A stretch of 64,000 nucleotides of DNA, from NCBI GenBank assembly GCA_003599335.1, contig QZJN01000003.1, positions 4,654 through 68,653 on the forward strand, written 5' to 3'. Below, one piece after another: positions 26,399-34,795 of the stretch; positions within the stretch are counted from its first letter, which is position 1; every line of letters starts with the position of its first letter. The notes under the pieces are model-generated. The model saw only the letters and a program-made list of their open reading frames with translations. It was not told the origin of the DNA and searched no databases. The translations under genes were made by a program, and so were the position numbers. This DNA is from Candidatus Parcubacteria bacterium. Its GTDB lineage: Bacteria; Patescibacteriota; Minisyncoccia; SURF-38.

Positions 26399-27682
26399 AT
26401 GGCTTCATATCAGAAATTAACCCTCCCAAATAATCTTCGCTCGGTTACGGTTCAGTTGCCGGAGTCTCAAACCAGTACAGTTTTGGTTTTGGTCCGGGCT
26501 GGATCAAATTATGAAACAAAAAAACAAAACGGCGTGAGTCATTTTCTTGAACACATGCTTTTTAAAGGTACCCAAAAAAGGCCTTCCAAAAAGGTAATCG
26601 CCGAACTTTTGGACAGCGTCGGGGCTTCTTTCAATGCGTTTACTTCAAAAGAATACACCGGATATTACGTAAAAGTTGCTTCCGGCAAAATCGATCTTGC
26701 GCTTGATGTTGTTTCGGATATCTATATAAATTCTTTGCTTGATGCCAGGGAAGTTGAAAAAGAAAGGAGGGTTATTTTGGAGGAGCTTAAAATGAGGGAG
26801 GATTTGCCAATGATAAAGACGCACGAGGCTTTTGAGGAATTGCTTTATGGCAGTCAGCCGGCCGGTTTGCCCATAGGAGGCACAAAAGAAAGCGTAAGCT
26901 CTATAACTCAACAAGAAATCGCAAAATATTATCATCTTCATTATGTTGCGCCAGCAACGACTGTTTGTCTTGTTGCGCCCCAGGATCACAAAGATAGTCT
27001 TGAAAAAATAAAAAATTATTTTGCTCAAATACGGGATCAGGGTTTGGCTCCGGGAGCCCCCAAAACAATCGATGATCAAAAAAAACCTCAGCTTTTAGTA
27101 AAAACAAAATCAACCGATCAGACTCATCTTGCCCTTGGATTCAAGGCTTTTCCCATTGAGCATCCTGATAGATTTTGTCTGGAATTGATTTCTCTTATTT
27201 TGGGAGGAGGGATGAGTTCAAGATTATTTCAGAAGGTAAGAGAAGAGGAAGGCCTTGCCTATTATGTTCAATCCGACATGAATCTTGATACAGATTGCGG
27301 TTATTTTGCCGTTAAGGCCGGTGTTGCTAACGAAAAAGTTGGCTACGCGGTTGAATCAATAATAAATGAAATTAGCGATTTAAAAAAAGGCAATATTGAA
27401 GAAAAGGAGCTTCAAAAAGTTAAAGATCAATTTAAAGGACAAACAGCCTTGTCGTTGGAGTCTTCTTCTGACTGGGCCTCTTTTTACGGTGGACAAGAAA
27501 TTTTAGTGAATAAGGTTTTGACTCCTCAAGAAATGTTTAATCATATAAACAAAGTTTCTCCGGCTGATATCGCGAGGGTTGCTAAAAGTGTTTTTGTTGA
27601 AGAAAAATTAAATCTTGCCATTGTGGGGCCGGTCGGTAAACGGCAGGAGAAGGGTTTTATGAAGCTTTTAGCCATTGATTAG
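26399..27682 (+). CDS. M16 family (pitrilysin/insulinase-like) zinc peptidase
   Basis: Inverted zinc motif HFLEHMLFKG (HxxEH) near the N-terminus; 427 aa. Confidence 0.8.
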   Translation: MASYQKLTLPNNLRSVTVQLPESQTSTVLVLVRAGSNYETKKQNGVSHFLEHMLFKGTQKRPSKKVIAELLDSVGASFNAFTSKEYTGYYVKVASGKIDLALDVVSDIYINSLLDAREVEKERRVILEELKMREDLPMIKTHEAFEELLYGSQPAGLPIGGTKESVSSITQQEIAKYYHLHYVAPATTVCLVAPQDHKDSLEKIKNYFAQIRDQGLAPGAPKTIDDQKKPQLLVKTKSTDQTHLALGFKAFPIEHPDRFCLELISLILGGGMSSRLFQKVREEEGLAYYVQSDMNLDTDCGYFAVKAGVANEKVGYAVESIINEISDLKKGNIEEKELQKVKDQFKGQTALSLESSSDWASFYGGQEILVNKVLTPQEMFNHINKVSPADIARVAKSVFVEEKLNLAIVGPVGKRQEKGFMKLLAID

Positions 27683-27728
27683 TTATCCGGCTGGTGCTAC
27701 TTTGAACTTATAAAATCATAATTTTTTC

Positions 27729-28772
27729 ATGGTTGTCCGCCAGACAATAAATATCAATGAACCTTGGGAGAAAATTCTTCTTGCGGTTGTCGTTTTAATT
27801 TTACTTTGGTTTTTAAGAGATATAATCGCGATGCTGATTTTATCTTTGACTGTTGCCGCAGCGATTAATCCCTTGGTAAGTTTTTTGACCAGCAAGAGGT
27901 GGCCTCGTCTGGGAGCCGTTATTTTTATTTATTTGGCCCTATTGGTTGTTATTGGTGTTACGTTGTTTTTCTTGATTCCTTCAATAATAAACCAGACCCA
28001 GGGTATTGTTGAAAAACTTCCGGAGTTTTACGACAGATTTTTGGGCTTGTTCCGTTCTGTTGAGAATTTATTGGAGCGTTCAAGAGTTTCGGTTGCGCCG
28101 GAACAATTTGTGAGCCAATTTAATGAAATAATCGGTAGGTGGTTATCGGGAATTTTGCTTTCTGCATTCGGTTTTTTTGGAGCTCTTTCCTCTCTTATTA
28201 TTATTTTAGTTGTGTCTTTTTATCTAGTTGTCAGAGAAGAAGGAATCGAAGATTTTTTGCGCACTATCACTCCACTTAGGCACGAAGAATATGTTTTGGA
28301 TTTATGGCGCAGGGTTCATAGAAAAATAGGTCGCTGGTTCCAGGGTCAGCTTTTACTCGGAGTTATAGTCGGCAGCCTTACTTATTTTGGTTTGAGGATT
28401 TTCAATATGCCTTTTGCTTTGGCGCTTGCTGTTATCGCCGGGGTTCTTGAGCTTGTTCCTTTTTTGGGGCCGATTCTCGCGGCGATACCGGCGGTCATTT
28501 TGGGTTTTTTGCAATCACCGACGCTGGGTTTTATGATTTTGCTTTTATATTTATTTATTCAGCAGTTAGAAAATCACGCCATAGTTCCGGCTTTAACCAG
28601 AAAGCTAGTCGGGCTTAGCCCGGTCATTGTAATTTTGGCCCTTATTACCGGCGGATCTTTGGGAGGCATTATTGGTGTGTTAATAGCAATACCAATTACC
28701 GTCACGATCGTTGAGATCTTGGATGATTTCGCCGCTTCAAAGAGAAACGATCGTAAGTCTCAAGAAGTATAA
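27729..28772 (+). CDS. AI-2E family transporter (PerM/UPF0118)
   Basis: About 350-aa protein with 7-8 TM helices and the typical AI-2E architecture. Confidence 0.55.
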   Translation: MVVRQTININEPWEKILLAVVVLILLWFLRDIIAMLILSLTVAAAINPLVSFLTSKRWPRLGAVIFIYLALLVVIGVTLFFLIPSIINQTQGIVEKLPEFYDRFLGLFRSVENLLERSRVSVAPEQFVSQFNEIIGRWLSGILLSAFGFFGALSSLIIILVVSFYLVVREEGIEDFLRTITPLRHEEYVLDLWRRVHRKIGRWFQGQLLLGVIVGSLTYFGLRIFNMPFALALAVIAGVLELVPFLGPILAAIPAVILGFLQSPTLGFMILLLYLFIQQLENHAIVPALTRKLVGLSPVIVILALITGGSLGGIIGVLIAIPITVTIVEILDDFAASKRNDRKSQEV

Positions 28773-29152
28773 TGTTTTCTCAAAAGACAGCCAAAGTTGC
28801 AATATGTCTCCTTGCAATAGGAGCTCTTTTTTTGTTGTCTTTTTGGCTGGCGGCCAACAGACCCAATATAATCATTAAATATCACCTTGATAAATTTATC
28901 CATTTTTTTGCGGGTGGTTTTGTTGGGTTATTGCTTTCTCAGCTTTTTAGAAGTTGGGGAATTTTCGGTATCGTAATATTTAGCGTTTTTGTGGGATTGG
29001 GATGGGAGGCTTTTGAATACTTTGGGCATTTATATTTTGATTGGCCCAAGGCTGATTTAAGCCAATACAATTATTTGCTCGATACCACAGTTGATGAAAT
29101 AGCCGTTGCTCTTGGGGCTTATATTTTCTTGAGCTTAACAAGGCCGGAATGA
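28772..29152 (+). CDS. Small integral membrane protein, hypothetical
   Basis: 126 aa, 4 predicted TM helices. Confidence 0.35.
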   Translation: MFSQKTAKVAICLLAIGALFLLSFWLAANRPNIIIKYHLDKFIHFFAGGFVGLLLSQLFRSWGIFGIVIFSVFVGLGWEAFEYFGHLYFDWPKADLSQYNYLLDTTVDEIAVALGAYIFLSLTRPE

Positions 29153-29164
29153 TAAGCTAAAAAA

Positions 29165-29866
29165 ATGGGAACTCTTTATATTGTTGCAACCCCAATAGGG
29201 AATCTGGAGGATATGACTTTCAGAGCTGTTCGGATTTTAATGGAGGTTGATTTTGTTTTGGCTGAAGACACCAGGGTGGCCAAAAAATTACTTGATCATT
29301 TTAACGTTAAAAAACCAATCGTTTCCTATTGGCAGCACAATCAACTGAAAAGATTACCCGAAATAATCGAAGCTTTGCGTTCCAGGAAAAAAATTGCCCT
29401 GACAACAGATGCGGGCACGCCGGCGATTTCTGACCCAGGTGCTTTTTTGGTTGATGGAATTTACAAAGCCTTGGGTAATCAGGTTAAGATTGAGGCTGTT
29501 CCTGGTCCGAGCGCGGTTACCACAGCTTTGAGCATTGCGGGTTTCCCCGCAGAAAAGTTTTTATTTTTGGGTTTCCCGCCTTCAAAACGAAAGAGAAATA
29601 AATTTTTTTCGGAAGTGGCTAAATATCCAGAAACTGTGGTATTTTACGAATCACCCCATCGGTTGATAAAGTCCCTCAATGATTTGGCAAAAGTCTTAGT
29701 CAAATCTCAAGACAGATCCGTGGTTGTTTGCAAGGAGTTAACCAAACAATTTGAATATATTTTTAGAGGTGTGACTGCAGACGTTTTAAAGCAATTGCAG
29801 GAAGTAAAGGTAAAAGGGGAGTTTGTGGTAGTTGTAGGTCCAAAAAATACTAATAAACGGCATTAA
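29165..29866 (+). CDS. rsmI: 16S rRNA (cytidine1402-2'-O)-methyltransferase RsmI (tetrapyrrole-methylase fold)
   Basis: MGTLYIVATPIGNLEDMTFRAVRILMEVDFVLAEDTR canonical RsmI N-terminus. Confidence 0.8.
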   Translation: MGTLYIVATPIGNLEDMTFRAVRILMEVDFVLAEDTRVAKKLLDHFNVKKPIVSYWQHNQLKRLPEIIEALRSRKKIALTTDAGTPAISDPGAFLVDGIYKALGNQVKIEAVPGPSAVTTALSIAGFPAEKFLFLGFPPSKRKRNKFFSEVAKYPETVVFYESPHRLIKSLNDLAKVLVKSQDRSVVVCKELTKQFEYIFRGVTADVLKQLQEVKVKGEFVVVVGPKNTNKRH

Positions 29867-29885
29867 AAATTATTTTTGGTGATTT

Positions 29886-30755
29886 GTGGTTCCAAATCTC
29901 TCGCTAGTTGTTGGGGTTAAAGATCATTTTGAGGTGGTTAAACTGTTAAGTTCAGTTGATAGTAATATTGAGGTTATTTTAGTCTTAAATCAATCCTCGG
30001 ATGCTATTAAAAAAGCGTTGAGTAACTTAAAGTCAACTAAGTTTTCTTTACGTACTGTTGAGATACAAAAATCAAGTCTTGGAATGATAAAAAACATAGG
30101 CATTAAGGAAGCCTCAAATGATAATGTGCTTCTTCTTGATGCCGACTGCATATTTGCAAAGGGTACAATCGGTAAGGTAATTGATTGTTTAAAAACGCAC
30201 GATATCGGTAAGGTAAACATGATTATCGAATCCAATAGTTGGTTGAGTAAGATTTTGGCTTTCAATAGAGTTCCTATACGACCAAATGCAACTTTTACGC
30301 CAGGGTTGTTTTTTAGAAAATCAATAGTTAATAAAATTGGTGGCTATTACTATAAGGAGGACTTGCCTTGGAGGGAGGACTATGAATTTGGTCAAAGAAT
30401 TAATAAAAACAAAATCTCTGTGTATTATTTAGATAACGCAATAGTTTATCATCCTCCTTATCGTTTATTCTACGATTTAAAAACGGCAATTCGCTGTGGT
30501 GGAGGCCAACAAATTGGTTGTTCTCGTGGATATATAGAACCAACTTTGAAATGGGGCGGTGGACCAAGTTTTATTAGTTCAATGCTTTATGATTTTTATA
30601 GAATTCCACATGTTTTAACTCACTTGCTTTTTGGGGATATTAAGAGATTTGGGTTTGTGGCAGCGTTATATAAATTAATTTGGAAGTTCGTTTTTTCTAT
30701 CGGTTACTATTTACAAATGTTTTTTAACTTTCTTGAAATTGATAAAAATGAATAG
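29886..30755 (+). CDS. Glycosyltransferase family 2-like protein
   Basis: GT-A fold features with a DADC (DxD) motif. Very AT-rich gene (about 30% GC). Confidence 0.5.
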   Translation: MVPNLSLVVGVKDHFEVVKLLSSVDSNIEVILVLNQSSDAIKKALSNLKSTKFSLRTVEIQKSSLGMIKNIGIKEASNDNVLLLDADCIFAKGTIGKVIDCLKTHDIGKVNMIIESNSWLSKILAFNRVPIRPNATFTPGLFFRKSIVNKIGGYYYKEDLPWREDYEFGQRINKNKISVYYLDNAIVYHPPYRLFYDLKTAIRCGGGQQIGCSRGYIEPTLKWGGGPSFISSMLYDFYRIPHVLTHLLFGDIKRFGFVAALYKLIWKFVFSIGYYLQMFFNFLEIDKNE

Positions 30756-31557
30756 AAATAATCTTATATATAGAAGTTTTGCTAAATTGATAACAGATCT
30801 AATACTTAAGCGTTTGAAAAAGGAAGTTATTGCTGTTGGAATTTTTGGATCTCTAGCGCACGGCTCCTATTCAATGTATTCCGATTTAGATATTATAGTT
30901 GTTACACGAAGGGTAGCATTCAGGAATATCTTTTTTGTTTTAAAAAGCGAACAAAAAGAAACTAAAAATCAACTATCGTTTAAAGATTTGAGGGTTGGGA
31001 TATTTTTTAAGTCAAAGAAAGAGATTTATGACTATATCAAAAATCCTATAAAACTCGGTTGGATGACAGAAGTTTCGATATTTTTGAATGTTGTAGCCGT
31101 TTATGATCCGACTCACTTTTTTAATTCTTGTAGGAAAAAATATTTGATTCTGAAAAGAAATGTTAGAAAAAACTTTTATGTTTTAGCTAAAAAATGGCTT
31201 TTCATTGTTTATGAGTTTCTTGAAAAGCTTAATAATCCCCTCAATACGAAATCTCAGAGAATCATATATGGTAAAGAATTTTGTTTTGCTGTAAGTAGTA
31301 TAGTTAAAGCATTTGAGGGAGGATTTTATATAAATAGCTATAATTTTTTGGAAGAAATAAAATCATCTCGGTATATTTCGCGCGTTTTATATAAAAATAT
31401 AACAAAGTTGTTTTACTCGACCGATTATAAGTTTGTTAGAAAAGCCTCGTTTGTAATTTGGGACGAGATTTTTATGCTTGCTAAAAAGCTCGGTATTAAT
31501 ATTGATAGAGTTAACCCTTCCAGACTAACAACAGAGTTAATTTTTAAAAACCAATGA
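30733..31557 (+). CDS. Pol-beta-superfamily nucleotidyltransferase, KNTase-like (minimal NTase N-domain plus helical C-domain)
   Basis: GSLAHGSYSMYSDLDIIVV (GS-x9-DxD) nucleotidyltransferase motif, followed by a helical domain of about 150 aa. Very AT-rich. Confidence 0.45.
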   Translation: MKLIKMNRNNLIYRSFAKLITDLILKRLKKEVIAVGIFGSLAHGSYSMYSDLDIIVVTRRVAFRNIFFVLKSEQKETKNQLSFKDLRVGIFFKSKKEIYDYIKNPIKLGWMTEVSIFLNVVAVYDPTHFFNSCRKKYLILKRNVRKNFYVLAKKWLFIVYEFLEKLNNPLNTKSQRIIYGKEFCFAVSSIVKAFEGGFYINSYNFLEEIKSSRYISRVLYKNITKLFYSTDYKFVRKASFVIWDEIFMLAKKLGINIDRVNPSRLTTELIFKNQ

Positions 31558-32522
31558 ACAAGTTTTTTATTATTTCTTTCATGAGCACCAATTTTAGTAG
31601 ATTAAAGCGTCATTGGTATAAACATGACAGACTTCATAAACGCGGTATTCTAGGTACTGATCAGAAACATCCACCTTTTTTGGGAGGAAAGGTAGTTATT
31701 TTGGATTGGGTCAAGAAAAAAATAATTTGGGATCTAAATGTTGATATTCCAACGGGTATAGATTTTTCAGAAAATAATAATCTTTTATTTATAAATAGTT
31801 TAAAAAACGAGATTTTGGGAGTAAGTGGCTCTAAGAAAGTTCAATTCAAGTTAACAAATTCAAAGTTTAACTCACTACATAGTATACTTTACCGCAACAA
31901 CACTTTTTTAGTTACTAGTTCTGGTTTGGATTTAATTTTAGAGATCGACGTTTATGGAAATAGTCTTTTTGAATGGTGGGCCACAGATAACGGATTTGGA
32001 TTTGATCAATTTAGAAAAAGGCGTAAGATTAATAAATTACTTGACCACTCGCGTAAAAGTTATCCAACGCTCTTTCAAGCCACCCATATTAATTCGGCAA
32101 CTAATGATGGAAATAATTTTATACTTGCAACTTTATTTCACCAGGGTTTTCTTTTGAGAATTAATAAAAAAACAGGAAAACACAAGGTTGTATTAAGAGA
32201 ATTATCTAAACCACACGGTATACACAAAATTGACAGAAATAGATATATACTTTCAGACACTGGTGGTAATAGAGTTATTTTTTTGAATAAAAATTTTAGT
32301 ATCGTTCATGAGTTAAAAAAAGACTTTTGTTGGGTTCAAGATGCTATTCTTACTATCGACGACAGTGTTTTGGTCGCCGACGCAGATAATAATAGGCTGG
32401 TAAGAGTTAATACTTCTAAAATTAAGAGTCGAATTGTGGATATCTTTAAATTTAGTAAAGAATGGCGCATTTTCCAGGTAAAAGAAATTTCAAGAGATTT
32501 TTTAAGGAACTTTATTAAATAG
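31554..32522 (+). CDS. Hypothetical protein with NHL/six-bladed beta-propeller-like repeats
   Basis: Repeated D-x-x-(L/V)-x-V-x-D-x-x-N-N-R-(L/V) patterns (DDSVLVADADNNRLVRV; RYILSDTGGNRVIFLN). Confidence 0.3.
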   Translation: MNKFFIISFMSTNFSRLKRHWYKHDRLHKRGILGTDQKHPPFLGGKVVILDWVKKKIIWDLNVDIPTGIDFSENNNLLFINSLKNEILGVSGSKKVQFKLTNSKFNSLHSILYRNNTFLVTSSGLDLILEIDVYGNSLFEWWATDNGFGFDQFRKRRKINKLLDHSRKSYPTLFQATHINSATNDGNNFILATLFHQGFLLRINKKTGKHKVVLRELSKPHGIHKIDRNRYILSDTGGNRVIFLNKNFSIVHELKKDFCWVQDAILTIDDSVLVADADNNRLVRVNTSKIKSRIVDIFKFSKEWRIFQVKEISRDFLRNFIK

Positions 32523-32544
32523 TTATTTAGTGCTTATAGACTCA

Positions 32545-34038
32545 ATGAAAAAGTTTTACTTAACAACATCTATCGTGTATGCAAATAATAAGCCGCATAT
32601 TGGTTTTGCGTTAGAGTTAGTCCAAGCCGATGCTATTACTCGATTTCATCGTCAGCAAGGGGAAGATGTCAGATTTTTAACTGGCACCGATGAGCATGGA
32701 ATGAAAATTTTGAGAGCGGCAAAAAATAAAAATAAAACACCTCAGAAGTTTGTTGGGGAGATTGTAGAAATGGTTAAAGATTTAGCTACAAAACTTAACA
32801 TTTCTTATGATGATTTTATAAGGACTTCAGACGAGAAGCGCCATTGGCCTTCGGTTGTTAAAATTTGGCAGAAACTCCTGATAAGCAATGATTTATATAA
32901 AAAAAGCTATCAAGGATTGTATTGTGTTGGGCATGAATCTTTTCTCAAAGAATCCGATTTAAAGGATGGTTTGTGTCCGGATCATCAGACAAAGCCAGAA
33001 GTCCTTGAAGAAGAAAACTATTTTTTTAGACTTTCAAAATATACGGATAAAGTTAAAGATCTGATTATGAAAGGAGAATTGAAGATTATTCCGGAATTTC
33101 GTAAAAACGAGATTTTAAGTTTTCTTGAGAAGGGATTAGAGGATATTAGTTTCTCTCGTTCTTCAAAAAAGCTATCGTGGGGTGTTCCGGTCCCCGGAGA
33201 TGATTCGCAAACAATTTATGTCTGGGTTGATGCTTTGATTAATTATATTTCTGCTCTTGGATATGCTGAAAATTCTGAAAGTTTTAAAAAATACTGGCCG
33301 GCTGATGTTCAGATAATAGGAAAAGACATTTTAAGATTTCACGCAGCCATTTGGCCGGCAATGCTTTTATCTGCCGATATACCCGTACCAAAAACTTTGG
33401 TCGTCCACGGATTCATAAACATCGGCGGAGCTAAGATGTCAAAAACGATCGGCAACATAATTGATCCTTTGGAGTTGGTAGAAAAATACGGAGTAGATGC
33501 TTTGAGATACTATCTTTTGAGGGAAATCCCAGCTCAAGAAGATGGGGAATTTACTATTGAAAAATTTGAAGGGCGTTATCAGGCCGATTTGGCTAACGGG
33601 CTTGGCAATTTGGTTGCAAGGGTTGTGAGTATTGCCGATAAACATAAAAATGTAATATTGCGTAACGGCAACTTTGACGAAGTCGACAGAAGGGTTGCCG
33701 GGATTTGGGAGGAATACAAGAAATACCTCAATGAATTTAGATATAATTTGGCGCTTGAGCAAATTTGGAGACTCATTAAATTCTGCGATGAATACATCGA
33801 GGTGCAGCGTTTGTGGGAGTTGCCCGAGAAATCAAAAGAAGAGTTTGGTAGGGTGATCACAGAGCTATTGTTGTATCTTGCCCACATCGCTTTATTAATT
33901 GATCCGTTTTTGCCCTCAACTAGCGAAAAAATTCTAAAACAACTGGGTATTAAAAAAGAATCAACCAAACCTTGGCTTGCACAGCTCAACGTTAAGAAAG
34001 GAAAGGCTTTATTCCCGAAACTGAATGTTAAAGCTTAA
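32545..34038 (+). CDS. metG: Methionyl-tRNA synthetase
   Basis: YANNKPHIGFALE (HIGH-type) and GGAKMSKTIGN (KMSKS) motifs, plus an anticodon-binding helical domain. Start placed at MKKFYL. Confidence 0.85.
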   Translation: MKKFYLTTSIVYANNKPHIGFALELVQADAITRFHRQQGEDVRFLTGTDEHGMKILRAAKNKNKTPQKFVGEIVEMVKDLATKLNISYDDFIRTSDEKRHWPSVVKIWQKLLISNDLYKKSYQGLYCVGHESFLKESDLKDGLCPDHQTKPEVLEEENYFFRLSKYTDKVKDLIMKGELKIIPEFRKNEILSFLEKGLEDISFSRSSKKLSWGVPVPGDDSQTIYVWVDALINYISALGYAENSESFKKYWPADVQIIGKDILRFHAAIWPAMLLSADIPVPKTLVVHGFINIGGAKMSKTIGNIIDPLELVEKYGVDALRYYLLREIPAQEDGEFTIEKFEGRYQADLANGLGNLVARVVSIADKHKNVILRNGNFDEVDRRVAGIWEEYKKYLNEFRYNLALEQIWRLIKFCDEYIEVQRLWELPEKSKEEFGRVITELLLYLAHIALLIDPFLPSTSEKILKQLGIKKESTKPWLAQLNVKKGKALFPKLNVKA

Positions 34039-34795
34039 ACTTATTGATTCTCATACTCATATTCAATTTCCTCAATATGATAACGACAGAGAGGAAATTA
34101 TTAACCGCGCCTTAAAACAAGGCATAGGGCTTATAAACATCGGGACTGATTTGGAAACAAGTCAAAAAGCAATCGAGCTTGCACAAAAATACGAATCTTT
34201 GTGGGCGACCGTTGGGCTTCACCCAAACGATTCTCCTCAAGAACCGTGGCTTGAAAAAGAGTATGGAGAACTTGTTAAGAACCCAAAAGTCGCGGCGGTA
34301 GGGGAAACGGGATTGGATTTTTTCAGAACAAAAGATAAAAAAGATCAGCTTGTGCAGTATGAAAAATTTGAAGCCCAGGTTTTTTTGGCCAATAAATTTA
34401 AAAAACCACTCACTTTTCATATTCGCGACGCTTATGAAGAAGCAGCTGATTTTTTAGGCAAACATAAAGCCGAAAATGGCGGAGCGATTCATTGTTTTAC
34501 AGGCTCATGGGAGCAGGCCAAACACTTTTTGGATATGGGTTTTTTTATTTCTTTTTCTGGCATAGTAACATTTTCGAAGGAGCTTGCCGGAGTTGCAATT
34601 AAGATTCCGCTTGAGCAGCTGCTTGTTGAAACAGACGCTCCGTATTTAGCTCCCGAGCCTCATCGGGGTAAAAGAAATGAACCGGCCTGGGTTGAGCTTG
34701 TCGCTAAAAAGGTTGCCGAAATTAAAGGTTTGTCGTTAAATGAGGTGTGTCAGAAAACGCTTCAAAATACGTTTAAACTTTTTAAGCTGGAATGA
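34025..34795 (+). CDS. tatD: TatD family metal-dependent deoxyribonuclease
   Basis: LIDSHTHIQF N-terminal motif, GETGLDF and VETDAPYL blocks. Confidence 0.8.
   Translation: MLKLKLIDSHTHIQFPQYDNDREEIINRALKQGIGLINIGTDLETSQKAIELAQKYESLWATVGLHPNDSPQEPWLEKEYGELVKNPKVAAVGETGLDFFRTKDKKDQLVQYEKFEAQVFLANKFKKPLTFHIRDAYEEAADFLGKHKAENGGAIHCFTGSWEQAKHFLDMGFFISFSGIVTFSKELAGVAIKIPLEQLLVETDAPYLAPEPHRGKRNEPAWVELVAKKVAEIKGLSLNEVCQKTLQNTFKLFKLE

Noticed and set aside
30733-31557. Considered as a CBASS-type cGAS/DncV-like nucleotidyltransferase
   Set aside because: Only 274 aa with a KNTase-like helical C-domain. No adjacent effector, Cap2/Cap3 or other signalling components, so a generic Pol-beta-superfamily NTase is more parsimonious.
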